DNA of 63,423 nucleotides, filler included, from 10 parts of 10 records of this genome joined end to end with filler, not necessarily neighbours in it, one strand, 5' to 3'; counted from the first letter of the whole stretch, positions 22,681 through 37,531 are shown. Numbers and translations: made by a program. Notes: a model not told the origin generated them from the letters alone.

Positions 22681-24258
22681 TCATTCCCACTCAATGGTAG
22701 CTGGCGGCTTGCCGCTGATGTCATACACCACGCGGGAAATACCGTTCACTTCATTGATAATGCGGTTGGAAACGCGACCGAGGAAATCGTACGGCAGATG
22801 CGCCCAGTGTGCGGTCATAAAGTCGATGGTTTCGACAGCACGCAGAGAGACAACCCAGTCATACTTACGACCATCGCCCATTACGCCAACGGAACGTACC
22901 GGCAGGAACACAGTGAACGCCTGGCTGACTTTGTCGTACAGGTCCGCTTTACGCAGTTCTTCAATGAAGATGGCGTCAGCACGGCGCAGCAGGTCACAGT
23001 ACTCTTTCTTCACTTCACCCAGAACACGAACGCCAAGGCCTGGTCCCGGGAACGGGTGACGGTACAGCATGTCGTACGGCAGGCCCAGCTCCAGACCAAT
23101 CTTACGCACTTCGTCTTTGAACAGCTCTTTCAGCGGTTCAACCAGGCCCATCTTCATCTCTTTCGGCAGGCCGCCCACGTTGTGGTGAGATTTGATGACG
23201 TGTGCTTTACCGGTTGCAGACGCCGCAGATTCGATAACGTCAGGGTAGATGGTGCCCTGCGCCAGCCACTTCACGTCTTCCAGTTTCAGCGCTTCTTCAT
23301 CGAATACTTCAACGAAAACGCGACCGATGATTTTACGTTTTGCTTCCGGATCGTTTTCGCCAGCCAGCGCTGACAGGAAGCGATCTTCTGCCGGTACGTG
23401 AACAATGTTAAGACCAAAGTGATCGCCAAACATATCCAGAACCTGCTCTGCTTCGTTGAGGCGCAGCAGGCCGTTGTCGACGAATACGCAAGTCAGGTTT
23501 TTACCGATAGCGCGGTGCAGCAGCATTGCGGTTACGGAGGAATCCACACCACCAGAGAGGCCGAGGATGACTTTATCGTCGCCTACCTGCTCGCGGATGC
23601 GAGCTACAGCATCGTCGATAATTTTCGCTGGCGTCCACAGGGCTTCACACTGGCAGATATCACGCACAAAACGCTCCAGCATGCGCATACCCTGGCGGGT
23701 ATGAGTCACTTCCGGGTGGAACTGTACGCCATAGAAGCGTTTTTCTTCGTTAGCCATAATGGCAAACGGGCAGCTTTCGGTGCTGGCTACGGTGATGAAG
23801 TCGGACGGAATAGCGGTAACTTTATCGCCGTGGCTCATCCAGACATCGAGCAGCGGTTTACCGTCTGCGGTCAGCGCATCTTCGATACCGCGAACCAGTG
23901 CGCTGTCGTTTACGACTTCAACCTGCGCGTAGCCAAATTCACGTTCGTTAGAGGCTTCAACGTGACCGCCCAACTGCATTGCCATGGTCTGCATGCCATA
24001 GCAAACGCCGAATACCGGTACGCCTGCTTCAAAGACATACTGCGGCGCACGCGGACTGTTTTCTTCAGTAGTACTTTCCGGGCCGCCGGAAAGAATAATG
24101 CCGCTTGGATTGAAGTCACGAATTTGTGCTTCTGTCACATCCCACGCCCACAGTTCGCAGTAAACACCCAGCTCACGCACGCGGCGCGCAACCAGTTGAG
24201 TGTACTGAGAACCGAAGTCCAGAATGAGGATGCGATGCTTATGAATGTTTTCCGTCAT
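22681..24258 (-). CDS. guaA: GMP synthetase
   Basis: 525 aa, [20 protein letters not shown]. Confidence 0.99.
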
Positions 24259-24326
24259 TGACGCTTATTCCGAGGCAAGTGAAACAGATAATATAAATCG
24301 CCCGACATGAAGTCGGGCGAAGAGAA

Positions 24327-25793
24327 TCAGGAGCCCAGACGGTAGTTCGGGGACTCTTTAGTAATGGTCACGTCGTGAACGTGGCTTTCCTGAATGCCCG
24401 CACCGCTGATACGTACAAACTCCGCTTTAGTACGCAGTTCGTCGATAGTACCACAGCCGGTCAGACCCATACAGGAGCGCAGGCCGCCCATCTGCTGGTG
24501 AATGATCTCTTTCAGGCGACCTTTATAGGCTACGCGACCTTCGATACCTTCCGGCACCAGTTTGTCGGCAGCGTTATCGCTCTGGAAATAACGGTCAGAG
24601 GAACCTTTGGACATCGCGCCCAGGGAACCCATACCACGGTAAGATTTGTAAGAACGGCCCTGGTAGAGTTCGATTTCACCCGGAGATTCTTCAGTACCCG
24701 CCAGCATGGAACCTACCATCACCGCGCTTGCGCCAGCGGCGATAGCTTTGGCGATGTCGCCGGAGAAGCGAATACCGCCATCAGCGATAACCGGAATACC
24801 GGTGCCTTCCAGGGCTTCTACTGCGTCAGCAACAGCGGTAATCTGCGGAACACCGACGCCAGTCACGATACGAGTTGTACAGATAGAGCCAGGGCCAATG
24901 CCGACTTTAACCGCACTGCAACCAGCTTCTGCCAGAGCGCGTGCACCTGCAGCTGTTGCCACGTTGCCGCCGATAATTTGCAGATCCGGATATTTAGCAC
25001 GGGTTTCACGGATACGTTGCAGTACACCTTCTGAGTGACCGTGGGAGGAGTCGATCAGCAGAACGTCAACGCCTGCGGCAACCAGCGCGTCAACACGCTC
25101 TTCGTTACCCGCACCTGCGCCAACCGCTGCACCAACACGCAGACGGCCTTGCTCGTCTTTACAGGCGTTCGGTTTACGTTCCGCTTTCTGGAAGTCTTTC
25201 ACGGTGATCATGCCGATCAGGTGGAATTCGTCATCAACCACCAGCGCTTTTTCAACGCGTTTTTCGTGCATTTTTGCCAGCACCACTTCACGGGCTTCAC
25301 CTTCACGCACGGTGACCAGACGCTCTTTCGGCGTCATGTAAACGCTAACCGGCTGGTTCAGGTCGGTAACAAAACGCACGTCACGACCGGTGATAATACC
25401 CACCAGTTCGTTTTCTTCGGTAACGACCGGATAGCCCGCAAAACCGTTACGCTCGGTCAGTTCTTTCACTTCGCGCAGCGTCGTGGTTGGCAGAACAGTC
25501 TGCGGATCAGTCACCACACCAGATTCGTGTTTTTTCACACGGCGAACTTCTTCTGCCTGGCGTTCAATGGACATGTTTTTGTGGATAAAGCCGATACCGC
25601 CTTCCTGAGCCAGAGCAATAGCCAGGCGCGCTTCCGTTACGGTATCCATTGCTGCGGAAAGCATAGGGATATTCAGACGAATAGTTTTCGTCAGCTGGGT
25701 GCTGAGGTCAGCAGTATTCGGCAGAACGGTAGAGTGAGCAGGAACGAGGAGAACGTCGTCAAACGTCAGAGCTTCTTTAGCGATACGTAGCAT
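24327..25793 (-). CDS. guaB: IMP dehydrogenase
   Basis: MLRIAKE start, [10 protein letters not shown]; 488 aa. Confidence 0.99.
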
Positions 25794-25828
25794 GGGCAAT
25801 ATCTCGACCAGAGTGGTTAATAAATATT

Positions 25829-25865
25829 GCCGCGGCATTATACAGAGCGTAACCGATTGCATCTA
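25829..25865 (-). promoter_or_regulatory. guaB promoter with PurR-like box
   Basis: Minus-strand -10 TATAAT at 25842-25837, GC-rich discriminator, ATGCAATCGGTTACGC PurR-like site. Confidence 0.7.
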
Positions 25866-25924
25866 CCCCTTTTTGCAAAAAATGCTTGCTATCCCCGAAG
25901 GGCGGGTTACTATCGACTGAATAA

Positions 25925-27319
<1,395 letters not shown>

Positions 27320-27323
<4 letters not shown>

Positions 27324-27535
27324 GCCAGCACGAATTCAACGCGTTTTTTCGATATCAAGCCATGCCCGTGCTGACAGAAGTAATCTACTGCACCACAGGC
27401 TTTTAACACCTGCAACGGTTGATGGCAGTCTGGACAAAGAGCTTTCATTTCAATAAATTCCCCGCAGGATCGGCAACGCGCATGGCCGTTATCCTGATCA
27501 AGCACATGCTGACATTGTGGACAATGCAGTTCCAT
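27320..27535 (-). CDS. yfgJ: Zinc-ribbon protein YfgJ
   Basis: 71 aa, CxxC pairs. Confidence 0.9.
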
Positions 27536-27604
27536 ATGAATTCCTCCGGTAGCCATTCCCTCTACATTCATAGAGGGAATGGCAGATAAAATACTTACGG
27601 ATAA

Positions 27605-29077
27605 TTATTTATTTTTCTTGATGTGCTTCATCAGACGCTTACGTTTACGCATCTGGGTTGGCGTCAGGGTGTTACGCTTATTCGCATACGGGTTTTCCCC
27701 TTCTTTGAACTGAATACGAATCGGCGATCCCATTACGTCCAGCGATTTGCGGAAGTAGTTCATCAAGTAGCGCTTGTAGGAATCAGGCAGGTCTTTCACC
27801 TGATTACCGTGAATCACCACAATCGGCGGGTTATAACCACCGGCGTGGGCATATTTCAGCTTCACACGACGACCGCGTACCAGCGGCGGTTGGTGATCTT
27901 CAACAGCCATCGTCATGATGCGCGTCAGCATAGAGGTCCCCACACGACGGGTGGAGCTGTCATACGCTTCACGTACTGATTCAAACAAGTTACCAACACC
28001 ACTGCCGTGCAAGGCAGAGATAAAGTGCACACGAGCAAAATCGATAAAGCCCAGACGGAAGTCCAGCGTTTCTTTCACCTGCTCTTTCACTTCCTGACTC
28101 AGGCCATCCCACTTATTCACCACAATGACAAGTGAGCGCCCACTATTGAGAATAAAGCCCAGCAGCGAGAGATCCTGATCGGAAATACCTTCGCGCGCAT
28201 CAATCACTAACATCACCACGTTGGCGTCTTCAATGGCCTGCAACGTTTTGATTACGGAGAATTTCTCTACAGCATCGGTGATTTTGCCGCGTTTACGTAC
28301 GCCAGCGGTGTCAATGAGCACATACTCACGTCCATCGCGTTCCATTGGGATGTAGATGCTGTCACGCGTCGTGCCAGGCATGTCGTAAACAACAACGCGC
28401 TCTTCACCAAGAATACGGTTAGTGAGTGTAGACTTACCTACGTTCGGACGACCCACAATCGCCAGTTTGATCGGCAGACTTTGCGGGTCGAAGTCGTCTT
28501 CCTCTTCTTCTTCGCCGTTCTCTTCCGCTTCAAATTGCGCCCAGTATTCAGCGTCTTCGTCGACTTCCTCTTGCGGTGCGAGATCTTCCATCCACGGCAG
28601 CAGCACATGCTCCAGCAGACTTAATACGCCACGACCGTGAGACGCGGCGATCGGGTAGATTTCACCTAAACCAAGCGAGTAGAAATCAACCACTGCCTGA
28701 TCGGGATCCAGACCGTCAGTTTTGTTTGCCACCAGGAAGGTCGGTTTTTCACGGGAGCGCAGATGTTTGGCAATCGCTTCATCTGCCGGCATCAGGCCCG
28801 CGCGCGCATCCACCATAAACAGTACGACGTCCGCTTCTTCAATCGCCAGCAGCGACTGTTCCGCCATGCGGGTTTCTACACCGTCTTCTGTGCCATCAAT
28901 CCCGCCGGTATCAATACAGATAAACTCACGGCCTTCAATTTCCGCACGACCGTACTTACGGTCACGAGTCAGACCCGGGAAATCCGCAACCAGCGCATCT
29001 CGGGTGCGAGTTAGACGGTTAAATAACGTGGATTTTCCTACGTTAGGGCGCCCGACAAGCGCGACCACAGGTACCAT
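27605..29077 (-). CDS. der: Ribosome biogenesis double GTPase Der/EngA
   Basis: Two GRPNVGKST motifs; 490 aa. Confidence 0.99.
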
Positions 29078-29194
29078 GTTTAAAGCCTCATTTTTATAAA
29101 TCATCAGACAACGCACGCTATATTCGCGTCGTTGTTAAAAACAGGAAAACGGCCCCTGTCCAGGAGCCGTTTTCAAAGTGAACGACAGAGACGA

Positions 29195-30297
29195 TTAACG
29201 TGTAATAGAGTACACGGTTCCGTCTTTTGCCTGGATCAGCAGTTTGCCGTCAGCGGCAACCGGTTCAGTCTGGAAACCGGAACTATCAACTTTTTGCTGG
29301 GCAACGAAACGACCATCTTCGACGTTAATCCAGTGCAGATAACCTTCACTGTCACCGACCACCAGGTTGCCATTATACAGCACCGGAGAAGTCAGCAGGC
29401 GATGCAGCAGATCGCTTTGTGTCCACAGCGTAACGCCGCCATCAATGGTCAACGCCATCACCCGGTCATTTTGATCGACCAGATAGATGCGATTGCCGTC
29501 GACGATGAAATCATTCACCGAACCCAGTTCGCGTTTCCACATAATCTGACCACTGCGCAGATCAAGCGCCGTCAGGTTACCATTATAGGCCAGCGCGAAA
29601 ACAACGCCGTTAACAACGACGGGAGTCGTGTCAACATCGCTCAGACGGTCAATTTCGGTAGAACCGGTCGCCTGGGAAATACGCTGCTGCCAAATCATCT
29701 GGCCCTGTTCCATCAGCACTGCGCTGACGCGACCATTATCGCCCCCCACGACGGCCGCACCAAAAGCCGTTGTCGGCGCAGACTCGCCACGCAAAGAGAG
29801 CGAAGGCATATCGAGGTTAACTGTCCATTTGACAGCGCCGTCAGCTTCGTTCAGCGCTTGTAACTGACCGTTACTGGTGTGGATTAACACCAGACCGTCG
29901 CTGACCACCGGGCGCGAAAGTGCTTCACCCGCGACTTTAGTTTGCCATGCCACAGTACCATCGCTGGTATTCAGCGCGTAAACCTGCGCCTTTTCGCTGC
30001 CAATGTAGACATGCCCACCAGACACGGTCACACCGCCAGAAAGTAATGCAGGCTCTTTAGAGAACCAGCCATCTTTCTCGGCCAGGCTGACAGACCAGAT
30101 TTCTTTGCCATCATCCGCATTCAGCGCTTTTACTAAACCAGCGCGGTCCGCTGCATAGACAACGTTGTCCGCCAGTGCCGGATGAAGATTGGAATAGAAG
30201 TTGCCAATGCCGCTACCAACGGAAGTGCTCCACGCCGTGGTCGGCGTAAACTGGTTTTCAACGGTTGGCAATGGGGACATCTTTACCACATCTTCTT
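29195..30297 (-). CDS. bamB: BamB beta-propeller lipoprotein (5' truncated)
   Basis: PQQ-like repeats; C-terminus GTVYSITR. Confidence 0.96.
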
Positions 30298-30397
30298 NNN
30301 NNNNNNNNNNNNNNNNNNNNNNNNNNNNNNNNNNNNNNNNNTTAATTAATTAANNNNNNNNNNNNNNNNNNNNNNNNNNNNNNNNNNNNNNNNNNNN
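30298..30397. other. Artificial contig spacer
   Basis: N44-TTAATTAATTAA-N44. Confidence 0.99.
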
Positions 30398-30432
30398 AAC
30401 AGGCCCGCACAAGCAAACTTATCAGCAATCTC

Positions 30433-30457
30433 AGGCCGGATATTCATTCGGCCTTTT
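30433..30457 (+). terminator. Probable terminator upstream of hemH
   Basis: AGGCCG...CGGCCT followed by a T run. Confidence 0.55.
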
Positions 30458-30573
30458 ACAAAAACCTCAATCTGCGCTATTCCTTTTTCTGATTTGACCT
30501 CTCACAGCAATTAGTTCTTCTTCCTCACTTTTCCGCTACAATTATCAACAAGTTGAATCGATAAGAGGCGGTA

Positions 30574-31536
30574 ATGCGTCAGACTAAAACCGGTATCCTG
30601 CTGGCAAACCTGGGTACGCCCGATGCCCCCACACCTGAAGCGGTAAAACGCTATCTGAAACAATTTTTAAGCGACAGACGCGTGGTTGATACCTCACGGT
30701 TGTTATGGTGGCCATTGCTGCGCGGCGTGATTTTGCCGCTGCGCTCGCCGCGTGTGGCGAAGCTGTATGCCTCTGTCTGGATGGAAGGTGGCTCGCCGCT
30801 GATGGTTTACAGCCGCCAGCAACAGCAGGCGCTGGCACAACGTTTACCGGAGATGCCCGTAGCGCTGGGAATGAGCTACGGCTCGCCATCACTGGAAAGC
30901 GCCGTAGATGAACTCCTGGCAGAGCATGTAGATCATATTGTGGTGCTGCCGCTTTATCCGCAATTCTCCTGTTCTACGGTCGGTGCGGTATGGGATGAAC
31001 TGGCACGCATTCTGGCGCGCAAACGTAGCATTCCGGGGATATCGTTTATACGTGATTACGCCGATAACCACGATTACATTAATGCACTGGCGAACAGCGT
31101 ACGCGCTTCTTTTGCCAAACATGGCGAACCGGATCTGCTACTGCTCTCTTATCATGGCATTCCCCAGCGTTATGCAGATGAAGGCGATGATTACCCGCAA
31201 CGTTGCCGCACAACGACTCGTGAACTGGCTTCCGCATTGGGGATGGCACCGGAAAAAGTGATGATGACCTTTCAGTCGCGCTTTGGTCGGGAACCCTGGC
31301 TGATGCCTTATACCGACGAAACGCTGAAAATGCTCGGAGAAAAAGGCGTAGGTCATATTCAGGTGATGTGCCCGGGCTTTGCTGCGGATTGTCTGGAGAC
31401 GCTGGAAGAGATTGCCGAGCAAAACCGTGAGGTCTTCCTCGGTGCCGGCGGGAAAAAATATGAATATATTCCGGCGCTTAATGCCACGCCGGAACATATC
31501 GAAATGATGGCTAATCTTGTTGCCGCGTATCGCTAA
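30574..31536 (+). CDS. hemH: Ferrochelatase
   Basis: [20 protein letters not shown]. Confidence 0.98.
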
Positions 31537-32492
31537 AGCTGAGCGGTAAAGAACTGAGCGCCGTCGCGAAGAGCCTCGTCGGCGGTTTTCATCATCCGTG
31601 AATAATGCAAAAAGGCGTGCAGCGTGCCTGGGTAGAGTTTGAACTCACAGGGCTGCTGATGCGCCGCTAACGTCTGGTAAAGCAGACGGCTGTCATCCAG
31701 CAGCGGATCGAACTCCGCCCCGGCAATAAAACAGGGCGGAACTTCGCGAGTGAGATCATTATTAAACAGACAGTAATACGGCGACTCGCGGTCCGCGTCG
31801 TTGCTTAAATATGCCTCTTCGTACATCTGCAAATCCTGTTGCGTTAAGCCATCCCAGACACCGCCCAACAGACGACGAGTCACGGAATCCCGTAATCCGT
31901 AAAGCCCATACCACAGCAAAACGCCCGCAACTTTACCGCAATCGATCTGTTTATCACGCAACCACAACGCACTGGCGAGCGCCAGCATGGCACCTGCGGA
32001 ATCACCGGCAAAGCCAATGCGGGACATATTGATTTGATAATCCTCCGCCTGCTGGTGGAAATAACAACAAGCAGCCACAATTTCCTCTATCGCTTGCGGA
32101 AAACGCGCTTCAGGTGAAAGGGTGTAATCAATACCAATCACCGTACATTGGCTGTAGCTTGCCAGCAGGCGCATGATGCGATCGTGGGTATCGAGATTGC
32201 CGAGAATAAAACCGCCTCCATGCAAATAAAATAGCGTCGCTGGGCTATCTGGCTGCGGACAAAAGAGACGTGTTTCCACCTGCCCATATTTTGTTGGAAC
32301 CATGTAAGCTCTGGTTGCCATTTCTGGAGCGCCCGCATTCCAGAATCGGCGCTCAAGCGTGTAATACTGTCGTTGCTCAGCAATCGTTCCCGTTGCGGGC
32401 CAGGGCGGTAAATCCGGCTGAAGAGTATTCACAACGGTCTTCATTTCAGCAGAAATAAGGTCCAGAACAGGTAGTTTGTTTTCCGGCTTCAT
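31533..32492 (-). CDS. aes: Acetyl esterase (HSL family)
   Basis: HGGGF, GDSAG; 319 aa. Confidence 0.97.
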
Positions 32493-32643
32493 ACAAAAAC
32501 TCCTTTCAAATTACGTCATTGTAAGGAACCACTGCCATGAAAATGCGATCCCGCCTGCTGATATTGAAACTGGCTGCGTCTCGCGCGCTCCCGTCAGATT
32601 GTGTTAACATTCGCCGCTCAGTTAACCACCCGTAAAAACAACC

Positions 32644-33948
32644 ATGAAATTTCCCGGTAAACGTAAATCCAAACATTACTTCCCCGTAAACGCACGCGAT
32701 CCGCTGCTTCAGCAATTCCAGCCAGAAAACGAAACCAGCGCTGCCTGGGTAGTGGGTATCGATCAAACGCTGGTCGATATTGAAGCGAAAGTGGATGATG
32801 AATTTATTGAGCGTTATGGATTAAGCGCCGGGCATTCACTGGTGATTGAGGATGATGTAGCCGAAGCGCTTTATCAGGAACTAAAACAGAAAAACCTGAT
32901 TACCCATCAGTTTGCGGGTGGCACCATTGGTAACACCATGCACAACTACTCGGTGCTCGCGGACGACCGTTCGGTGCTGCTGGGCGTCATGTGCAGCAAT
33001 ATTGAAATTGGCAGTTATGCCTATCGTTACCTGTGTAACACTTCCAGCCGTACCGATCTTAACTATCTACAAGGCGTGGATGGCCCGATTGGTCGTTGCT
33101 TTACGCTGATTGGCGAGTCCGGGGAACGTACCTTTGCTATCAGTCCAGGCCACATGAACCAGCTGCGGGCTGAAAGCATTCCGGAAGATGTGATTGCCGG
33201 AGCCTCGGCACTGGTTCTCACCTCATATCTGGTGCGTTGCAAGCCGGGTGAACCCATGCCGGAAGCAACCATGAAAGCCATTGAGTACGCGAAGAAATAT
33301 AACGTACCGGTGGTGCTGACGCTGGGCACCAAGTTTGTCATTGCCGAGAATCCGCAGTGGTGGCAGCAATTCCTCAAAGATCACGTCTCTATCCTTGCGA
33401 TGAACGAAGATGAAGCCGAAGCGTTGACCGGAGAAAGCGATCCGTTGTTGGCATCTGACAAGGCGCTGGACTGGGTAGATCTGGTGCTGTGCACCGCCGG
33501 GCCAATCGGCTTGTATATGGCGGGCTTTACCGAAGACGAAGCGAAACGTAAAACCCAGCATCCGCTGCTGCCGGGCGCTATAGCGGAATTCAACCAGTAT
33601 GAGTTTAGCCGCGCCATGCGCCACAAGGATTGCCAGAATCCGCTGCGTGTATATTCGCACATTGCGCCGTACATGGGCGGGCCGGAAAAAATCATGAACA
33701 CTAATGGAGCGGGGGATGGCGCATTGGCAGCGTTGCTGCATGACATTACCGCCAACAGCTACCATCGTAGCAACGTACCAAACTCCAGCAAACATAAATT
33801 CACCTGGTTAACTTATTCATCGTTAGCGCAGGTGTGTAAATATGCTAACCGTGTGAGCTATCAGGTACTGAACCAGCATTCACCTCGTTTAACGCGCGGC
33901 TTGCCGGAGCGTGAAGACAGCCTGGAAGAGTCTTACTGGGATCGTTAA
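32644..33948 (+). CDS. gsk: Inosine/guanosine kinase
   Basis: 434 aa, NTNGAGD PfkB motif. Confidence 0.97.
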   Translation: MKFPGKRKSKHYFPVNARDPLLQQFQPENETSAAWVVGIDQTLVDIEAKVDDEFIERYGLSAGHSLVIEDDVAEALYQELKQKNLITHQFAGGTIGNTMHNYSVLADDRSVLLGVMCSNIEIGSYAYRYLCNTSSRTDLNYLQGVDGPIGRCFTLIGESGERTFAISPGHMNQLRAESIPEDVIAGASALVLTSYLVRCKPGEPMPEATMKAIEYAKKYNVPVVLTLGTKFVIAENPQWWQQFLKDHVSILAMNEDEAEALTGESDPLLASDKALDWVDLVLCTAGPIGLYMAGFTEDEAKRKTQHPLLPGAIAEFNQYEFSRAMRHKDCQNPLRVYSHIAPYMGGPEKIMNTNGAGDGALAALLHDITANSYHRSNVPNSSKHKFTWLTYSSLAQVCKYANRVSYQVLNQHSPRLTRGLPEREDSLEESYWDR

Positions 33949-33962
33949 GTTATCGTCGGTTC

Positions 33963-33997
33963 GTAGGCCAGATAAGGCGTTCACGCCGCATCTGGCA
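33963..33997. repeat. REP element at contig end
   Basis: GTAGGCCAGATAAGGCGTTCACGCCGCATCTGGCA. Confidence 0.9.
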
Positions 33998-33999
33998 TT

Positions 34000-34099
34000 N
34001 NNNNNNNNNNNNNNNNNNNNNNNNNNNNNNNNNNNNNNNNNNNTTAATTAATTAANNNNNNNNNNNNNNNNNNNNNNNNNNNNNNNNNNNNNNNNNNNN
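34000..34099. other. Artificial contig spacer
   Basis: N44-TTAATTAATTAA-N44. Confidence 0.99.
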
Positions 34100-34367
34100 A
34101 GCTTGTTAACATTAAAAAACGTGCCCGGTTATCTATTATCCTGATTCGTAAAGGCCAAACAATAAATTCATTATGATGATAATATTCATGTGATAGTTTG
34201 TTTGCGGCGAGAGATAATTCGCTTTTTATCACCGAGCTTCTCCCGATAACCAGGATTAATCAGCGCAATTTTGATCTTAACCTACCGCAAAACAACCGTG
34301 CTTCATGATACAAATGGATTCTCATTATCTGAACAATACGCAGCACGTCTATGACAAAGGGCGAGTT

Positions 34368-35138
34368 ATGCAAACTGAGCAACAGCGAGCCGTAACACGG
34401 CTTTGTATCCAGTGTGGATTATTTCTTTTGCAACATGGTGCGGAAAGCGCGTTGGTTGATGAGCTTTCCTCACGACTGGGTCGGGCACTGGGAATGGACA
34501 GCGTCGAAAGTTCTATCTCTTCGAACGCCATAGTGCTGACAACTATTAAAGATGGGCAATGCCTGACATCGACACGTAAAAATCACGATCGCGGCATTAA
34601 TATGCATGTGGTGACTGAAGTCCAGCACATTGTGATTCTTGCGGAGCATCATCTGCTGGATTACAAAGGCGTAGAGAAACGATTTAGCCAAATTCAGCCA
34701 TTACGTTACCCAAGATGGCTGGTAGCCTTAATGGTTGGCCTTTCTTGCGCCTGTTTCTGTAAACTCAATAACGGTGGCTGGGATGGTGCCGTCATCACCT
34801 TCTTTGCCAGTACGACCGCGATGTATATCCGCCAGCTGCTGGCACAACGTCATCTTCATCCACAGATCAACTTTTGCCTTACCGCTTTCGCCGCCACCAC
34901 CATTTCCGGATTGCTTTTGCAACTCCCCACTTTCAGCAATACCCCCACCATTGCGATGGCCGCCAGCGTTCTGCTGCTAGTGCCGGGCTTTCCGTTGATT
35001 AATGCCGTCGCCGATATGTTTAAAGGCCACATCAATACCGGACTGGCACGCTGGGCGATCGCCAGTCTGCTGACACTGGCTACCTGCGTCGGCGTAGTGA
35101 TGGCACTGACGATTTGGGGGCTACGCGGATGGGTGTGA
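34368..35138 (+). CDS. yjjP: Succinate exporter subunit YjjP (ThrE family)
   Basis: 256-aa membrane protein, LLVPG motif. Confidence 0.92.
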
Positions 35139-35602
35139 TCGAATTTCTGTTAGCGTTGGCGCAGGATATGATCCTCGCCGCCATTCCTGCGGTCGGCTTT
35201 GCGATGGTGTTCAACGTTCCCGTGCGGGCGTTACGCTGGTGTGCGCTGCTTGGCTCGATAGGTCATGGTTCCCGAATGATCTTGATGACCAGCGGGTTGA
35301 ATATTGAGTGGTCAACCTTTATGGCTTCTATGCTGGTCGGTACCATTGGTATTCAATGGTCGCGCTGGTATCTGGCGCATCCGAAAGTGTTTACCGTGGC
35401 GGCCGTTATCCCTATGTTCCCGGGCATATCGGCTTATACCGCAATGATTTCGGCGGTAAAAATCAGCCAGTTAGGTTACAGCGAACCGTTGATGATTACC
35501 CTGTTAACCAACTTTCTTACAGCTTCATCGATTGTTGGTGCGTTATCCATCGGTCTTTCCATTCCTGGATTATGGTTGTACCGCAAGCGCCCTCGCGTAT
35601 AA
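35129..35602 (+). CDS. yjjB: Succinate exporter subunit YjjB
   Basis: 157 aa, overlaps yjjP, IPMFPG motif. Confidence 0.92.
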
Positions 35603-35708
35603 AATTGCCTCGCTTAAGCACACGGATGAGAGACAGCCTCCTCTCCTCCGTGTGTTACTATAAAAGTTATCTCCCTTCTCGTTCATCGTTCCATATTTGA
35701 GAAACAGT

Positions 35709-36248
35709 ATGTCTTCCAGAGTTTTGACCCCGGACGTCGTTGGTATTGACGCCCTGGTACACGATCACCAAACCGTTCTGGCAAAAGCTGAAGGCGGTGT
35801 GGTTGCCGTATTTGCTAACAATGCCCCGGCGTTTTATGCCGTCACGCCTGCACGCCTGGCTGAACTGCTGGCGCTGGAAGAAAAGCTGGCGCGTCCGGGA
35901 AGCGATGTCGCTCTGGACGATCAACTCTATCAGGAACCGCAAGCCGCTCCCGTTGCTGTACCCATGGGGAAATTCGCCATGTATCCGGACTGGCAACCCG
36001 ATGCCGATTTTATCCGCCTGGCGGCGCTATGGGGCGTGGCGCTAAGAGAGCCGGTGACCACCGAAGAACTGGCCTCATTCATTGCCTACTGGCAGGCGGA
36101 AGGTAAAGTCTTTCACCATGTGCAGTGGCAACAAAAACTGGCGCGCAGCCTGCAAATCGGTCGTGCCAGCAACGGCGGACTGCCGAAACGAGATGTGAAT
36201 ACGGTCAGCGAACCTGACAGCCAAATTCCACCAGGATTCAGAGGGTAA
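35709..36248 (+). CDS. dnaT: Primosomal protein DnaT
   Basis: 179 aa, ends IPPGFRG. Confidence 0.97.
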
Positions 36249-36250
36249 CG

Positions 36251-36988
36251 ATGAAAAACGTTGGCGACCTGATGCAACGCCTGCAAAAAATGATGCCTGC
36301 CCATATCAAACCCGCATTCAAAACGGGTGAAGAACTACTGGCCTGGCAAAAAGAACAAGGAGCGATCCGCTCCGCCGCTCTCGAACGTGAAAATCGGGCG
36401 ATGAAAATGCAGCGCACCTTTAACCGCTCCGGTATTCGTCCACTGCATCAGAACTGTTCCTTTGAGAACTATCGCGTTGAGTGTGAAGGGCAGATGAATG
36501 CGTTAAGCAAAGCGCGCCAGTATGTCGAAGAGTTTGACGGCAACATCGCCAGCTTCATCTTTTCTGGTAAGCCAGGAACCGGCAAAAACCATCTGGCGGC
36601 GGCAATCTGCAACGAGCTGCTGCTACGCGGTAAATCCGTATTGATCATCACCGTGGCCGATATTATGTCGGCGATGAAAGATACCTTCAGGAATAGCGGT
36701 ACCAGCGAAGAACAACTGCTTAACGATCTGAGCAACGTTGATCTGCTGGTGATCGATGAGATCGGCGTGCAGACCGAATCGAAATACGAAAAAGTGATCA
36801 TCAACCAGATCGTCGATCGCCGCTCTTCTTCCAAACGCCCAACCGGGATGCTGACCAACAGTAATATGGAAGAGATGACCAAGTTGCTGGGCGAACGCGT
36901 GATGGACCGTATGCGCCTGGGTAACAGTTTGTGGGTGATCTTCAACTGGGATAGCTACCGTAGCCGGGTAACAGGTAAAGAGTATTAA
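36251..36988 (+). CDS. dnaC: Helicase loader DnaC
   Basis: 245-aa AAA+, GKPGTGKN, LLVIDEIG. Confidence 0.98.
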   Translation: MKNVGDLMQRLQKMMPAHIKPAFKTGEELLAWQKEQGAIRSAALERENRAMKMQRTFNRSGIRPLHQNCSFENYRVECEGQMNALSKARQYVEEFDGNIASFIFSGKPGTGKNHLAAAICNELLLRGKSVLIITVADIMSAMKDTFRNSGTSEEQLLNDLSNVDLLVIDEIGVQTESKYEKVIINQIVDRRSSSKRPTGMLTNSNMEEMTKLLGERVMDRMRLGNSLWVIFNWDSYRSRVTGKEY

Positions 36989-37036
36989 TCCCCGTTTCTG
37001 GCGGTATACTGCGACACAATTCCACCTTGAGTAATG

Positions 37037-37531
37037 ATGATGAAAACTGTTAAACATCTTCTGTGCTGTGCCATTGCCGCCAGCGCATTAATTTCCACCG
37101 GGGTGCATGCTGCGTCCTGGAAAGATGCGCTCTCCAGCGCCGCCAGCGAACTTGGCAACCAAAACAGCACGACACAGGAAGGCGGTTGGTCGCTCGCGTC
37201 ATTAACTAACTTGCTTAGCAGCGGAAACCAGGCCTTAAGCGCAGATAACATGAACAATGCCGCAGGCATTCTGCAATACTGCGCGAAGCAAAAGCTGGCG
37301 TCGGTAACCGATGCCGAAAACATCAAGAACCAGGTGCTGGAAAAGCTGGGCCTGAACAGTGAAGAGCAAAAAGAAGACACCAACTATCTGGACGGCATTC
37401 AGGGTTTGCTGAAAACCAAAGATGGTCAGCAACTCAATCTGGATAACATCGGAACAACTCCGCTGGCAGAAAAGGTGAAAACCAAAGCCTGCGATCTGGT
37501 GTTAAAACAGGGGCTGAACTTCATTTCCTGA
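37037..37531 (+). CDS. yjjA: Periplasmic protein YjjA
   Basis: Signal peptide; follows dnaC as in K-12. Confidence 0.9.
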   Translation: MMKTVKHLLCCAIAASALISTGVHAASWKDALSSAASELGNQNSTTQEGGWSLASLTNLLSSGNQALSADNMNNAAGILQYCAKQKLASVTDAENIKNQVLEKLGLNSEEQKEDTNYLDGIQGLLKTKDGQQLNLDNIGTTPLAEKVKTKACDLVLKQGLNFIS